Assembly (NCBI GenBank): GCA_026936335.1
Contig: JAPMXV010000072.1
Coordinates: 62,001-126,000, forward strand
Source: Mantamonas sphyraenae STR306
Taxonomy: Eukaryota > Protista > CRuMs
Direction: 5' to 3'
DNA: 64,000 bases
A program made the translations under genes and the position numbers. How positions within the stretch are numbered: the first letter of the stretch is position 1; the number at the start of each line of letters is the position of its first letter. The notes beneath the pieces are model-generated. The model worked only from the letters and a program-made list of their open reading frames with translations. It was not told the DNA's origin and did no database searches. Positions 34,273 through 48,200 of the stretch are shown here, one piece after another.

Positions 34273-37200
34273 GAGCAGCTTCTGTGCTTCCTCCTGCAGT
34301 TGCCTCAACTGTCGCTCAAACTCATCGTCCTCGCGCATCGAGTTTGTTTTCGGAGGCGCTTTCATCTCCTCGTCCATCCCGGCCTCCTTGGAGGAATCGT
34401 AGTTGGTCAGAGAATCCTTGGTATGGCTCGCTGCTGCCTTCCACGCCTTCTTAAACACCTGGTCCAGCTTCTTGGCGTTGTCCTTGCTCTTGCTGTTCTT
34501 GATGGTGATCTTGGCAGCGTCCATCTCCTTCTCAAACACCGTCCGGAAGACCACATCGCTCTCCTGCATCAAGTGATACTTGGATGCCAGGCGCTGATAC
34601 TTGGTGACCCAAGTTTCCGGCACTCGACCAGCCATCTCCAGCATTTCGGCCTCTTCGGGCTCCCAGTCGCTGAACTCTTCCTTCACATCAGTGCTGCGCG
34701 CCTTCTTGCCACCGTTTGCCTTTGGCTTGGTCGTTTGCTTGCCCTTGGCGGCCTTGTCTGCTACTGCCTTGTCCTTGCCCTTGGCGATTCCCTTGCCCTT
34801 GCGCGTATAAGGTGTGTCGGGCAGATCGTCGTCGTACTCGCCAAAGTCGTGGTCGTCGTTGTCGTTGAGGGATGGCATGCCTGGCAGGGGACCCAGCTCT
34901 TCCTCGTCCTCGTCATCATACTCGCCCTGATGGAAGGCCATGATGCGAGCACCCATCCACTTGCCCAGCTGGCCCATGACCACGTCTTGGGTGTCGCTGT
35001 GGGGAAAGAGGTCGGTGAGAGTGTACATGGCCGACAATGCCAGCACACGTGGGGTGGCCACCATCACTGGCACGCTGCCCAGAATGGACGGTGTCTCTTT
35101 GACCCGGCCACCGGCTTGCAGGACCTTGAGAGGCACCAGCGGATACAGATCACGCACGACGACGGTGGAATCCACCGTACGCAGCAACACTGTGGCGTGA
35201 TGATCCGCCGCAAAGGTAAAGTTGCCACGTGAGGTCTGCTTGGCCGGTGCCACAAAGGCAGGTCGCACCAGCTTCAACTCCTGCGTGGCACGAGGTTTCT
35301 TTGCGGCCTTTTTCTGGTCGTCTGCACTGTCTTTGGCATTCAGCAACCCACCCACAGTGAGTCTGTTGGTGCCACTGGTGTTGGTTGTGGCCAGCACGGC
35401 ACCAGGCATGAATCGAAGGCCGGCGGCAGCGGCGAGCTCGTTGAGCGGATGATCCGGGACCAGGTCCTGTTGCTCGGGCGCCGCCTGCTCCTGTTGTCCG
35501 GCGGCAGGGGCAGCGACAAACGGGTTGCGCTTGAGGACACGCTGGTAGCGATTGCTGCTGAATTGGTTTGTGGCAAGGACAAGGTGGCGAGCCTGGCCCA
35601 AGGCTGCGCGTTCGGTGGCGTTGAACGGGCGCGTGGGACCCATCACCAGCACGTAATCGACGTTGGCAAAGTTGATGAGACTCATGTCGGTGTGGTTGGA
35701 CACATCAAAGTGGCCACGCATGCTCTCGAGCAGATTGAAAAAGTAGTGACTGGACATTCCTCCTGCAAAGGGTGCCAGCACCACAGAACGTGGCAGAAAC
35801 GTCTCTGGCCACGTACCTGTGCCAGCCGATGCTACAGATGCTCCCTTGTTGGGATTGGTGCCCTTGCTGGTGTCGGTGTCCCGTCCCACCTCCTCACGTG
35901 CGGTGGGACTGCGCGGATCACGCAGAGTGGCGGCGATGCTGGCCAGCTGATCGTCGGAAAGGGCCCGCACGCGAGAGGTGGGGTCCATGACGAGGGCACG
36001 CAGCAGGTGGGCGGCAAAGAGGGCATTGTTGTTGTCGGTAATGCCCAGGTTGGGCACGAAATTGCTGAGGATGCGCGAGGAGCCAAGCACAGCCAACTTG
36101 GATCGCAGGCTGCTGTTGGTCACGGGCGACAGCTCCAGCAGCACACCCACCACTGCGGCAGAGGCATTGGCCGGGTTATCCAAACGCAACAACTCGGTGA
36201 CGTTGTGGACCACAAAGGGCGAGTTGGAGGGCGCCTTTGTGACCTGGATGCTGGCTGCATCGTAGACACGCAGCTGCTTCACACCAAACAGGGGCGAATG
36301 GCATGTGGGCCATCGCGCCACTGTGGCAGGTGCACCAGGCTGTGCCTTGTCCGCTGCTGCTGCCATGGCCGTGTCATGTCGAATCTCCACACCCACCATC
36401 TTGAGAAGGGCGTTTTGCATACTTGCCGCCCCCCACTTGTTCATCCGGTCGGCCGTCACAATCAGCCCAGTGCCGCTGGACAGGTACACACTGATCATAC
36501 TGATTTCCTTCTCTGTGTACTCTGTGTGGGCAGTGGAACCCAGCAGCGACACCACAGGCGTCGTGGACAGGGCCTCCAGAGACAACAGCGAATCGGTGGC
36601 GGTGCCGTTCATCCGGCTCACAAGCTCTCCCAGAATCGACAGACCCTGTGTGCAGTACAAGTGAGCATGCATGTGCATGCATTGGCACTGTTAGTCGCAC
36701 ATGGTCCGTGGCAAGGGCCGTGTGGAGGCTGTGGGGGGCCGCCGGGAGGTGAAAGAGAAAAGGGGGTGGGGAGGAGGAGGTTTCTGCTTACGTCAATCCC
36801 AGGATCGCCCACGCTGAAGTGCTGGTCTTTCCACGCCTCGTTGGAGAATACAAAGTCAAACGGGGGATTGACTTCAAACTCCTCGTCATCTTGCCAATCA
36901 CTGAGATCTCCGTCGTCGTAGCCACGCGAGTACTTGTCGTCGTCGTCTTGTGCGTCGTCGTCGTCGCTGTACAGCTTGTACTCCTCCGGGGGCGGAATCG
37001 GGCGGCCCTTATCGTCCTCCCACTCCACCTCCATCGATTTGCCACGCTTGAACTTGGCCCCCATTGAACCGGTCTTGAGCTCGGGCGGGGGTGGAGGCAG
37101 TTTCTCCTTGCCATGCAAGCCCACAGATGCGCCTGTGCGCCTGTGCAGCATTTCGGCAATTGAGGTCTTGCCTTGTTCGAGCTCGTCCGCGTTTTTGACG

Positions 37201-37319
37201 CCTCCCTTGGCCTTCTTGGCTCTTTTCGTGCCAGCTGCAGCTGCATGGGCGTGCAACACACATGTAAGCAACTGCAGAGAGAGGAGAAGTGCAATGAAGA
37301 GGCGAGTGTGTCTCCTCAT
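34264..37319 (-). CDS. Secretory-pathway protein with two probable GIFT (GldG/IFT52, GATase-like) domains; intron 36646-36791
   Basis: Signal peptide MRRHTRLFIALLLSLQLLTCVLHAHA; YTEKEISMISVYLSSGTGLIVTAD...NALLKMVGV, KLAVLGSSRILSN...DNNNALF, DYVLVMGPTRPFNATERAAL...LNELAAAAGLRF; domain call by eye. Confidence 0.65.
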
Positions 37320-37371
37320 CAGTCTGTTTTCTGCGGTGGGCCGGCCAACGCAGCAACATCCCTGTGGGGCC

Positions 37372-38634
37372 ATGGACCAAGCCGAACGCAAGCTGCTCAC
37401 ACAAAAGTCGCGGAGGCGCAAGGAGTTGAAGCGGGAAGAGCGGAAGCTGAAGCTCATTGCAGAAGTGGAACGACAGCGTGAGGAGGAGGCACGGACAAAG
37501 CGCAAGGAGACGACGGACGTCGAGTGGACAAGCAGTTCAGGCGACGGGAGCGACGCCAAGAGGCGGAGAGTGGACGGAAGCAGCAGCAGCAACAGTAACA
37601 GTAGCAGAGGCAGCCATGGAGGCAGCAGCAGCAGTGGAAGCAGCACCAGGGGAAGCGGAGCAAGTGCGGAAACAAGCTGGAGTGGGCAGGTGCGGTATCC
37701 GCATGGACGGCCGTTCACGGTGACGGTGGCGATTCCAGGGTCGATTATCGACAACGCGCAGTCACCCGAGCTGCGCACATACGTGGCCGGACAGATTGCA
37801 CGCGCACTGGCAGTGTGCAGTGTGGACGAGGTGGTGGTGTTTGCCGAGAACGGAACCAAGGTGGAGGACGGCGACCTAGTGGCCACCGCAAACTCGCACA
37901 ATGACATCAACTGGGATCCCTGTGTGTTTCTGGCACGTATCCTCCAGTACCTGGAGACGCCACAATACCTGCGCAAGGCTCTGTTCCCGCTGCACAACGA
38001 CCTGCGGCTGGCGGGCCTGGCCAACCCCTTGGCTCTGCCCAACCACCCACGCATGCACGACCTTGTGCCATACCGTGAAGGTGTCACCACCAAACAAAAG
38101 TGTCACAGTGGAACCTGGGTCAATGCAGGCATGGTGCGACCCGTGCTCGTCGACAAGAAGATTCAACCCAACGTCCGCGTCACCGTACGCATGGAACCAT
38201 CCGAAAACGAACGGCCCGTGTTCAAGGGCACTGTTGTGGCCCCTTCTGCACCACGTGAGCAGGCTGGTCTCTACTGGGGCTACCAGACACGGCTTGCGTC
38301 CTCCCTCAGTGCCGTGATCACAGAGGCACCCTATGACGACGGGTACGACCTCATGATTGGCACCAGTGAGCGCGGACAGGATATGTTTGACGATGACTTT
38401 GACCTTCCCGCCTTCAACCACGTGTTGGTCGTCTTTGGCGGCCTCGCGGGCCTCGAGGCCATTGTGGAAGCCGATGAAGCACTCGGGGTCGATTCGGCAG
38501 AACTCCTCTTTGACAAATGGGTCAACTTTTGTCCCGATCAGGGCAGCGGCACCATCCGAACCGAGGAGGCCATGCTTCTGGGGCTGGGGTGTCTCTACCC
38601 ATGGCTCAGCCAGAGGAGGCAGAAGAAAGCATGA
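37372..38634 (+). CDS. SPOUT1: SPOUT-family RNA methyltransferase C9orf114/CENP-32
   Basis: TVTVAIPGSIIDNAQSPELRTYVAGQIARA, VDEVVVF, LARILQYLETPQYLRKALFP, YREGV, GLYWGYQTR, IGTSERG, LVVFGG, QGSGTIRTEEA. Confidence 0.95.
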   Translation: MDQAERKLLTQKSRRRKELKREERKLKLIAEVERQREEEARTKRKETTDVEWTSSSGDGSDAKRRRVDGSSSSNSNSSRGSHGGSSSSGSSTRGSGASAETSWSGQVRYPHGRPFTVTVAIPGSIIDNAQSPELRTYVAGQIARALAVCSVDEVVVFAENGTKVEDGDLVATANSHNDINWDPCVFLARILQYLETPQYLRKALFPLHNDLRLAGLANPLALPNHPRMHDLVPYREGVTTKQKCHSGTWVNAGMVRPVLVDKKIQPNVRVTVRMEPSENERPVFKGTVVAPSAPREQAGLYWGYQTRLASSLSAVITEAPYDDGYDLMIGTSERGQDMFDDDFDLPAFNHVLVVFGGLAGLEAIVEADEALGVDSAELLFDKWVNFCPDQGSGTIRTEEAMLLGLGCLYPWLSQRRQKKA

Positions 38635-39217
38635 ATGAATGATGATGAGACACACAAGAGGAGCACTTGGTGTGCGTGGAGAAGGATTTCAGAAGTGAAG
38701 GTGGTGGGAAAGGGAGAAAAATTGGGAGATTGGAAAACAAGCCGAGTTGAGTTTCGCTGCAATCTTGAGTTGTGTGGGCAAAAGTGGTGTTCGGTTGCTG
38801 GATCGAAGGTTGCGTTTGCTTCGAGTTGACGTCGATCAAGAACAACTCATCGACAATTGCAGCGCCGGGTTTGCCAGCGCAAAAACGGGACATCAGGGCA
38901 TCTGTTGGAGAAGGCGCGGTGATGAGAGGGATCAATTCCATTGCCAAACACACGCCGCAGTCGTGCTTGGGGACCGCCTCAAACGTGAGTCTTGATTGGA
39001 AGCACATGGTGTTTCTGCGTTTGTCGCTTTTGCTGGGTTGTGCGTGAACACAGAGGACTCAGCTCAGGATCTGGGGTGCATCAGGCGGTCAGCGGCAATG
39101 AATTGCATGTATTTGACGCACCATGGGCTTGAGAAATGTGTTCCAGTGCCCGCAAGAGGGCGCCTAAGTGCCGAGCGCGCCAGAGTTTCTGTGTGGAAAA
39201 GGAAATGTGTTCTGCAC

Positions 39218-42200
39218 ATGTGTTCACGCTCTGCGCACCCCGAACCTCACCTCACACAGACATTGGCTTGGTTCTTGGTACTGCTAATTCTTGCTGTGGG
39301 AACACGGTGTGAGTGGACCGTACAGTTTGGGACAAGCGGGAATGACTACTCTGAGGACGTTGCTGTGGGGCCAAACGACGACTACTTCGTTGCAGGGAAG
39401 ACGACAGGCTCTTTCCCCGGCTTCACCAACCTCGGAGGCACTGATATCTTTCTGGCAAAGATCAACAAGTTCGGGACACTGCAATGGGTACAACAATGGG
39501 GCTCCACGGGAAGCGATCTTTCCCCGTCCGTAGCGGTGACGCCGTCGGGCGATGTGTACGTGTCCGCCATCATCCAAGGGAACATTGATGGACAAACGAA
39601 TCCAGGGAGCAAAAGTCCAATGCTTTGCAGATTCAACTCCACCGGAACAAAATTGTGGACACGAGTTTGGGGCGCCAACAGCCAAAATGATCCGTATGAC
39701 CTTGCAGTGAGCTCTGCGGGGGACGCATATGTGTTTGGGACCACATTTGGGACATTTGATGGGCAATCATGGCCTGGTGGAATCATTAACGCATTTCTGA
39801 CCAAATACGACTCTTCAGGGAACAAGCAGTGGACTCGAGTGTTTGGCACCAGCTCTTCGTACGGTTGGGGTCGTGGTGTTGCGGTTGGTGAGTACGGGCA
39901 AATTTCCACAATGGGGAACGTCGCAGGCTCCTTCATGGGCCAGCCGACCCAGAATGGAGAGGATCTTTTGACGGTTCGCTGGGACAGCAACGGCAACATC
40001 GTCTGGGCGCGTCAGTTTGGTCTCCACTACGATGACTACGGATACAGCGTGGTCATTGACTCCAACAACGACACAGTCACATTGGGAAACACTCCCAACG
40101 CCTTGCTGGTCAAATTCAACGCCACGGGATCGACGTTGTGGACAAGTACGCAGTACAGCCCTACCGTGTACTACCACAGTCTTGCGGTCAACTCACAGAG
40201 GGAAATCTACACCATTGGTACGGTTTCAGGTAGCACGCCTTTGCTGATCCGGAAATTCAGCCCGGATGGCGTGCACCTGTGGTTCCGCCAATGGGGAGTC
40301 TCGTCGACGGACAAGCTGCAGGGTGTCGCGACAAACTCACTTGGGCAAGCTTTAGTGTCAGGCTACACTTCAGGTGGGTACGGAGTGACAAGCAGCGGCG
40401 GTGTGGACGCAATCCTGAGCCTGATCCGGTCACGAGAGAATTGTGACATCGGAACCGCGGCAGGAAGTCTCTCGTTGCCACCAGTCAACAACACGGAAGT
40501 GGGCGACTGTACGCTGTGTGAAACAGGCAAGTACTCCAACACCACCAATGCGGTGACGTGTTCAATCTGTCCCGACGGCACGACCAACTTCCACGCCGGA
40601 CAGACTGTGTGTGACATACACTTTCCGGTGGTAAAGAGCGTGACGCCTGTGGTGACACCCGAGCACGGAGGAACTGTGATGGTTGTGGTGGGAGGCAATC
40701 TGAACAGCACATCGATCCCGCAGTTCATTGCCGAAGACGGGACAATCACACTGGGGCTGAACTGCACGGTGATGTCGACGACCATGATCAACTGCACGAC
40801 GCCTACGTTCTCACGGCTGGGCAACCACACAGTGATCATCACCAGTGGGCTGGAGTCGACGCAGTACACGCCGCCGACGGTAGACGTGTTTGCATCGAAC
40901 TACACCAGCTTCAGTCTGTTGAGCGGACCTGCGAGTGGAGAGACGACGCTGGTGGTGCAAGGACAACGACTGTCGGATCGTGAGCCATCGTTGTCGCGAT
41001 GTCGTGTGGGCAACGCGACAGGGCCGTTTGTGAGTGTGAGTCAAACAGCGATCCATTGCAGAACCGCAGCAATGGCAGCGGGCGCATACGACGTATACGT
41101 GACGCTGGACGGACAGCAGTGGCACAAGTCGGCCGGAGGGCAGTTTACGGTGTATGAGGCGACTCTGAACAAGCTGATCCCAGCGAGCGGGCTCAACACG
41201 GGAGGGACGGTGGTGACCCTGTCGGGAAGTGGATTTGTGAACGGCCGGAATGTGCCGGAGGTGACGGTGACGCCGAACGGGGTGGGCGGACAGGTATTCA
41301 ACGGGGCGTTTACCGTTGGGAGCGGAACGGGGGTGGTGATGACGACGCCAGCGTTTGCGATTCCCGCGCAGAAACCTGGAGAGTGGCTGGCAACGACGGT
41401 GAGAGTTGCGCCGAATGGAGCCCAGTATCTGAGTGAAGGAGCAGTGTTTGCGATGTACGAAGCACACGGGCTGTCTGGAGTGGTCCCGCAGACCGTCCCA
41501 GCATCGAAGGCGGGGGTTGTGCTGCGTCTGGCTCCGGATGCGGGCAAGGCGTTTGCCAACATCAGCGAAGAGATTCGTGTGCGGATGCGAAGCCGCGGAG
41601 GAGTGGTTGTGACGATGGTGGGGAGATGGCGGGGGGTTGCAGAGGTTGAAGCGACACTGCCAGGAATTGGAGAGAGTGGTCGAGGGGAAGTGTCCGTTGC
41701 TCTTAATGGGCAACAGTATAGCGAGTGGCGAGAACTGACGGTGTTCCGTGTGGATGCGGTCGCGCCTGCATGGGGACCGGTGACAGGGAACACCCTTGTG
41801 ACAGTGACAGGCCATGGGTTCAACGACACGGGAACAAGTCTGAAGTGTCGGTTTGGTGGCGCGGGGGCGGTACCTGCGACGTATGTGAGTGAGAGCACAG
41901 TGTCGTGCACGTCGCCGGCTGGGATGAGCAGCGGTGGGGTGGTTGTGTCGGTGACGACGAACGGGCAAGATTTCACAAGCAACACAAATGTTGTCTTCCC
42001 GACGTCTGTGAAGCCGAGTGTCACGGGGATCTCTCCAGCACAATCACCCGCGGGACTGGCTGTGCCGATGACGATCACGGGAAGTGGGTTTGTAGACACA
42101 GGGCAGATTGTGGTGCGGTTCAACAGCCAGACGGTGGCTGGGACGTACGCAAGCAACAGCAGCATCACTTGTACAACACCGACAATGGCAACAGGGACAG

Positions 42201-45200
42201 CAGACGTTCAGTTGACGCTCAATGGACAGGTGACAGTGACACAGATGACGGCGGCGGGGGAGGCGTTGTTCCAAACGGTGGCTCCGTCGGTGACGAGTGT
42301 GACACCAAGCAGTGGAAGTGTAGAGGGCGGGACGCGGGTGACGGTGGTGGGAAACAACATGCTGGACGCACCTGGAGTCGATGGGTCACTGCAGGTGTTG
42401 ATCAAGAGTACGCCAGAGGTGCGACTGAATGTGAGCGGGAACCCTGTGGTGTTTACGATGCCATCGCTTGTGGGAAAGGTGACACTGAACAGCAACGGAT
42501 ATGCAGATGTGGGGGTGGAGGTGAGTACGAACGGGGGAGCGTCGTACACGAGTAGCGGGGTGGTGATGCGTGTGTACGGAGCACCTGTGTTCAACACGAG
42601 CACGCCTGGACTGGGACGTGAGACGGGAGGGACGGTGATCAGCATCGGCGGGGAGTATGCATCGCAAGTGAGCGGGATCAAGGTGAAGCTGAACTCGAGC
42701 GAGTGGAGTGTGGAGGGGGTGAGTGTGTCTGCAGACAGTCGTACACAACTGCGCGTGACGACGCCCGCTGTGGGGAACGGAGTGACAACGCGGCCACTTG
42801 AGATGCAAGTGTGGGTGGCATTGAACGGGCAGGATTGGGTGAAAGTGACGTCGCCTGGGACATTTACGTACCACGGTCCAGTGAGCGTGACAGGGATCAG
42901 TGTGACGCAGGGACCGGCTGATCTGAACGTACCGGCGGAGATCAGCGGGAGTGGGTTCCTGGATGTCGAGAGCATTGTGGCATCTTTCAGCGGGACGACG
43001 GTGGGGTGCACGTATGCAACGAGTACGCTGTCGAGATGTGTGACACCAAGATTGGCGGTGACGACGGCGACAGTGAGTGTGTCGCTGAACGACGGAGTGG
43101 AGTACACGAGTGGAACGAATGTGAAGTATGTCACGTCGCAGCCTGTGGTGACGAGTGTGACACCGAGCAGTGGAAGTGTAGAGGGCGGGACGCGGGTGAC
43201 GGTGGTGGGAAACAACATGCTGGACGCACCTGGAGTCGATGGGTCACTGCAGGTGTTGATCAAGAGTACGCCAGAGGTGCGACTGAATGTGAGCGGGAAC
43301 CCTGTGGTGTTTACGATGCCATCGCTTGTGGGAAAGGTGACACTGAACAGCAACGGATACGCGGATGTGGGGGTGGAGGTGAGTACGAACGGGGGAGCGT
43401 CGTACACGAGTAGCGGGGTGGTGATGCGTGTGTACGGAGCACCTGTGTTCAACACGAGCACGCCTGGACTGGGACGTGAGACGGGAGGGACGGTGATCAG
43501 CATCGGCGGGGAGTATGCATCGCAAGTGAGCGGGATCAAGGTGAAGCTGAACTCGAGCGAGTGGAGTGTGGAGGGGGTGAGTGTGTCTGCAGACAGTCGT
43601 ACACAACTGCGCGTGACGACGCCCGCTGTGGGGAACGGAGTGACAACGCGGCCACTTGAGATGCAAGTGTGGGTGGCATTGAACGGGCAGGATTGGGTGA
43701 AAGTGACGTCGCCTGGGACATTTACGTACCACGGTCCAGTGAGCGTGACAGGGATCAGTGTGACGCAGGGACCGGCTGATCTGAACGTACCGGCGGAGAT
43801 CAGCGGGAGTGGGTTCCTGGATGTCGAGAGCATTGTGGCATCTTTCAGCGGGACGACGGTGGGGTGCACGTATGCAACGAGTACGCTGTCGAGATGTGTG
43901 ACACCAAGATTGGCGGTGACGACGGCGACAGTGAGTGTGTCGCTGAACGACGGAGTGGAGTACACGAGTGGAACGAATGTGAAGTATGTCACGTCGCAGC
44001 CTGTGGTGACGAGTGTGACACCGAGCAGTGGAAGTGTAGAGGGCGGGACGCGGGTGACGGTGGTGGGAAACAACATGCTGGACGCACCTGGAGTCGATGG
44101 GTCACTGCAGGTGTTGATCAAGAGTACGCCAGAGGTGCGACTGAATGTGAGCGGGAACCCTGTGGTGTTTACGATGCCATCGCTTGTGGGAAAGGTGACA
44201 CTGAACAGCAACGGATATGCAGATGTGGGGGTGGAGGTGAGCACGAACGGGGGAGCGTCGTACACGAGTAGCGGGGTGGTGATGCGTGTGTACGGAGCAC
44301 CTGTGTTCAACACGAGCACGCCTGGACTGGGACGTGAGACGGGAGGGACGGTGATCAGCATCGGTGGGGAGTATGCATCGCAAGTGAGCGGGATCAAGGT
44401 GAAGCTGAACTCGAGCGAGTGGAGTGTGGAGGGGGTGAGTGTGTCTGCAGACAGTCGTACACAACTGCGCGTGACGACGCCCGCTGTGGGGAACGGAGTG
44501 ACAACGCGGCCACTTGAGATGCAAGTGTGGGTGGCATTGAACGGGCAGGATTGGGTGAAAGTGACGTCGCCTGGGACATTTACGTACCACGGTCCAGTGA
44601 GCGTGACAGGGATCAGTGTGACGCAGGGACCGGCTGATCTGAACGTACCGGCGGAGATCAGCGGGAGTGGGTTCCTGGATGTCGAGAGCATTGTGGCATC
44701 TTTCAGCGGGACGACGGTGGGGTGCACGTATGCAACGAGTACGCTGGCGAGATGTGTGACACCAAGATTGGCGGTGACGACGGCGACAGTGAGTGTGTCG
44801 CTGAACGACGGAGTGGAGTACACGAGTGGAACGAATGTGAAGTATGTCACGTCGCAGCCTGTGGTGACGAGTGTGACACCGAGCAGTGGAAGTGTAGAGG
44901 GCGGGACGCGGGTGACGGTGGTGGGAAACAACATGCTGGACGCACCTGGAGTCGATGGGTCACTGCAGGTGTTGATCAAGAGTACGCCAGAGGTGCGACT
45001 GAATGTGAGCGGGAACCCTGTGGTGTTTACGATGCCATCGCTTGTGGGAAAGGTGACACTGAACAGCAACGGATATGCAGATGTGGGGGTGGAGGTGAGC
45101 ACGAACGGGGGAGCGTCGTACACGAGTAGCGGGGTGGTGATGCGTGTGTACGGAGCACCTGTGTTCAACACGAGCACGCCTGGACTGGGACGTGAGACGG

Positions 45201-48200
45201 GAGGGACGGTGATCAGCATCGGTGGGGAGTATGCATCGCAAGTGAGCGGGATCAAGGTGAAGCTGAACTCGAGCGAGTGGAGTGTGGAGGGGGTGAGTGT
45301 GTCTGCAGACAGTCGTACACAACTGCGCGTGACGACGCCCGCTGTGGGGAACGGAGTGACAACGCGGCCACTTGAGATGCAAGTGTGGGTGGCATTGAAC
45401 GGGCAGGATTGGGTGAAAGTGACGTCGCCTGGGACATTTACGTACCACGGTCCAGTGAGCGTGACGGGGATCAGTGTGAGTCGCTCGCCGTCACAGCTTG
45501 CTGTACCTGTGTTTGTCGAAGGAAACGGGTTTTTGAACGTGCCTGATATCAGGCTGTCATTCAGTGGCACGCTGGCTCCATGTACGTTCCACAACGTCAG
45601 CAGTGTGCTGTGCACTGCCCCTGCGATGCCAGTCACGACGGCTACAGTTCAGCTGTCGTTGAACGATGGACTCGAGTTTACCGCCGGGAGCAGTGTGCGG
45701 TATGTGACTGTTGATCCTGTGGTGACTGGTGTGACCCCACTTAGTGCGATTGTAACCGGAGGGACGCCAGTGACGGTGGCTGGAAGCAACCTCATCAATG
45801 CGGCAGGTGTGCCCGGTTCTTTGCGGGTGTTGATCAAGGCCACGTCCGAGGTGCAAGTGAACGTGACGGGAGACTCTGTTGTGTTTACGATGCCGTCGTT
45901 GGTTGGCATGGTGACGATGGGAACTGGGGGGTACGTGGATGTTGGTGTCGAAGTGAGCACGAACGGTGGAAGGACCTGGACTGCGGAAGGACGAGTGATT
46001 CGAGTGTATGATGTGCCGGTTTTGAACGGGACAAGTCCGGGTGCGATGCCGCTATCGGGGGGTACGCAAGTGGCACTAACGGGAGCATTTGGAGAGGTCA
46101 GCGAGACGACAATGGTGAAGTACACAGATGGGCAAGGATGGGAGTCGCCAGCCGTGGCCGCGACACGAAGTGGGGCGGCCATTACTGCAGCGATGCCGTC
46201 GTATGCACGAACGTCTGGAGCGGTGTCCTGGATGCGTGTTTGGATTGCGTTGAATGGGATCGACTGGATGGACACGCAACTGGACGTGATGGGGTTCACA
46301 TCGCCAAATGTGACCGAAGTGACACCTGCGTTGAAGACGCCTGCGCAGAATGTGACGGTGACGATTCGTGGAGAGGGATTCCTGAACACTGGATTTGTGA
46401 AAGTCCAGCTTGGGCTTGGCACGTTTGTGCCTGTGCTGCAGATCAAGGCAACGGAGATCACATTCCAAGCGACGCCGAGCCTTTCGCAGGGCCAGAACCA
46501 AGTGAAAGTGAGTCTGGATGGTGGACAGCACTATGCAGTGGCAGCGTTTGGAGGGACTTTCAGCGTGCTACCGGAGCCTTTGTCTTGTCCGACAAACACG
46601 GACCCAATTGTGGATACACCGACGACGATTGAGCAGTGTCAGTGCAAGCGCAACTTTTACCAGCCGGATGGACTGGCTGGGAAGGTGTGCGTGGAGTGTC
46701 CTGTGAATGCGTACTGCGACGGGCAGTTGGAGCAGCCAGTGGCTCAGCGGGGCTTCTTTGCGACTGGAGTGGGAGGGGAGTTGCGTTTTGTGCAGTGTGC
46801 GGTGGCGGAGGCGTGCTTGGGTGGACGGTCGTCGGCATGTGCGACGGGATACCAGGGGACGCTGTGTGGGACGTGTTCGACCGGGTACTACAAGTTGGGA
46901 GACACGTGTCAGCCGTGTCGACAGGGGTCGGGAGGGACGGTGACGTTGCTGGTGGTGCTGTTTGTGCTGTACCTCTTTTTTGTGAAGCGGCAGGTGCGCG
47001 GGAGCCGGAAAAGCACAGGCAAAGTGGCCGCGCTAGCGATTACTCACCTGCAGGTGATGAGCACATTCAGTGAGTACCGTTTGAAGTGGCCTGATAATGT
47101 GAAGTCTGTGTTCAACTACTTTTCGCTGGCGAACTTCAACATCGACACGGCGGCACCAGAGTGCTCCGTGGCGTCTGGATGGACGGCGGAGACACGGTTC
47201 TGGTTTACGATGGGACTGCCGCTGGTGGTTGCGGTGGGACTGCTGCTGCGAGTTTGGGGCCAAGCGATGCGTGCAAGGTGGGTGAAGCGAAACGGGGAGC
47301 GATTCCGGGTGGCACACCCAAGGTTTTGTGCTGAGCCGGATGCGTCGTTGTCGCGTGTTGAGTTTGCGGCCGGGATGGTGCGACACAGTGCATCGCAGTG
47401 GTTCACAGAGGCGGAAGCAGTGGATGGGAAGACATACCGGCATCTTGTGAACGAGATGCTGTTCAGCATGGGTTTGCTGTACATCACGCTGTGTACGCGT
47501 GTGCTGGAAGTGTTTGACTGCACAGAGGTGCGTACGGGGGTGTACGTGATGGACTCTGCACCGGATGTGGAATGTTGGGTGGAAGGTGGGCTTCACGAAC
47601 GGCTTGTGGTGCCTGGGTTGGCGTTTGGGATGCTGTTTGTGCTGGGCACGCCCGCTGTGTTTTTCATGATCATGTTGACGGGGCGGGATGCCAAGAAGCG
47701 TTCCGAGGAGGAGTTTCAGCAGAAATACTCGACGATCTTTGCAAAGTATGGCCCCCAGTACTTTTGGTTTGAAGGAATGGTGCTGCTGCGAAAGGCGGCG
47801 GTGGTGGGTGTGAAATTGTTTGCCACCAACCTGCCTGCGTTGCAGGGGTTGCTTGGGTTGGTTGTGCTGGGTGGAGCCACAGTGTTACAGGACAGGACGC
47901 AGCCGTACAAAACGTCGATGCAGAACAACCTGGAGAGCACGCTGCTTGTGGAGTCGTTGTTGCTGCTCGTGGCGGGAATGGTGTTTGTAACCGGCAGCGA
48001 CAGCAAGGGGACGGATGCCTGGGGCCAGTTGACAACGGTGGTTGCCGCAAGTGTAATCGTGGTTTGTGTGTGGTATGTGGGGCGGGATGTGTGGCACGGT
48101 GTGCAGGAGAGGCAGCGGGAGAAGCGGGTGGATGAGAGGACGGCCAGTGCGGCGGCTTCGTTTCTGAAAGCGGTGCGGCCGCTGTTCCACGCGGATGCGC

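Noticed and set aside
8873-38634. Apparent cluster of RNA-processing and export genes (THOC3, DUS2, INTS9, NXF1, LYAR, SPOUT1)
   Set aside because: Interspersed with unrelated metabolic genes; such genes are common in a compact genome, so there is no evidence of a functional cluster.
38996-39217. N-terminal extension of the 3234-aa ORF from a TTG start
   Set aside because: Non-ATG start upstream of the signal peptide; more likely UTR or intron.
42208-45636. 1142-aa minus-strand ORF
   Set aside because: Antisense shadow of the TIG repeat array.
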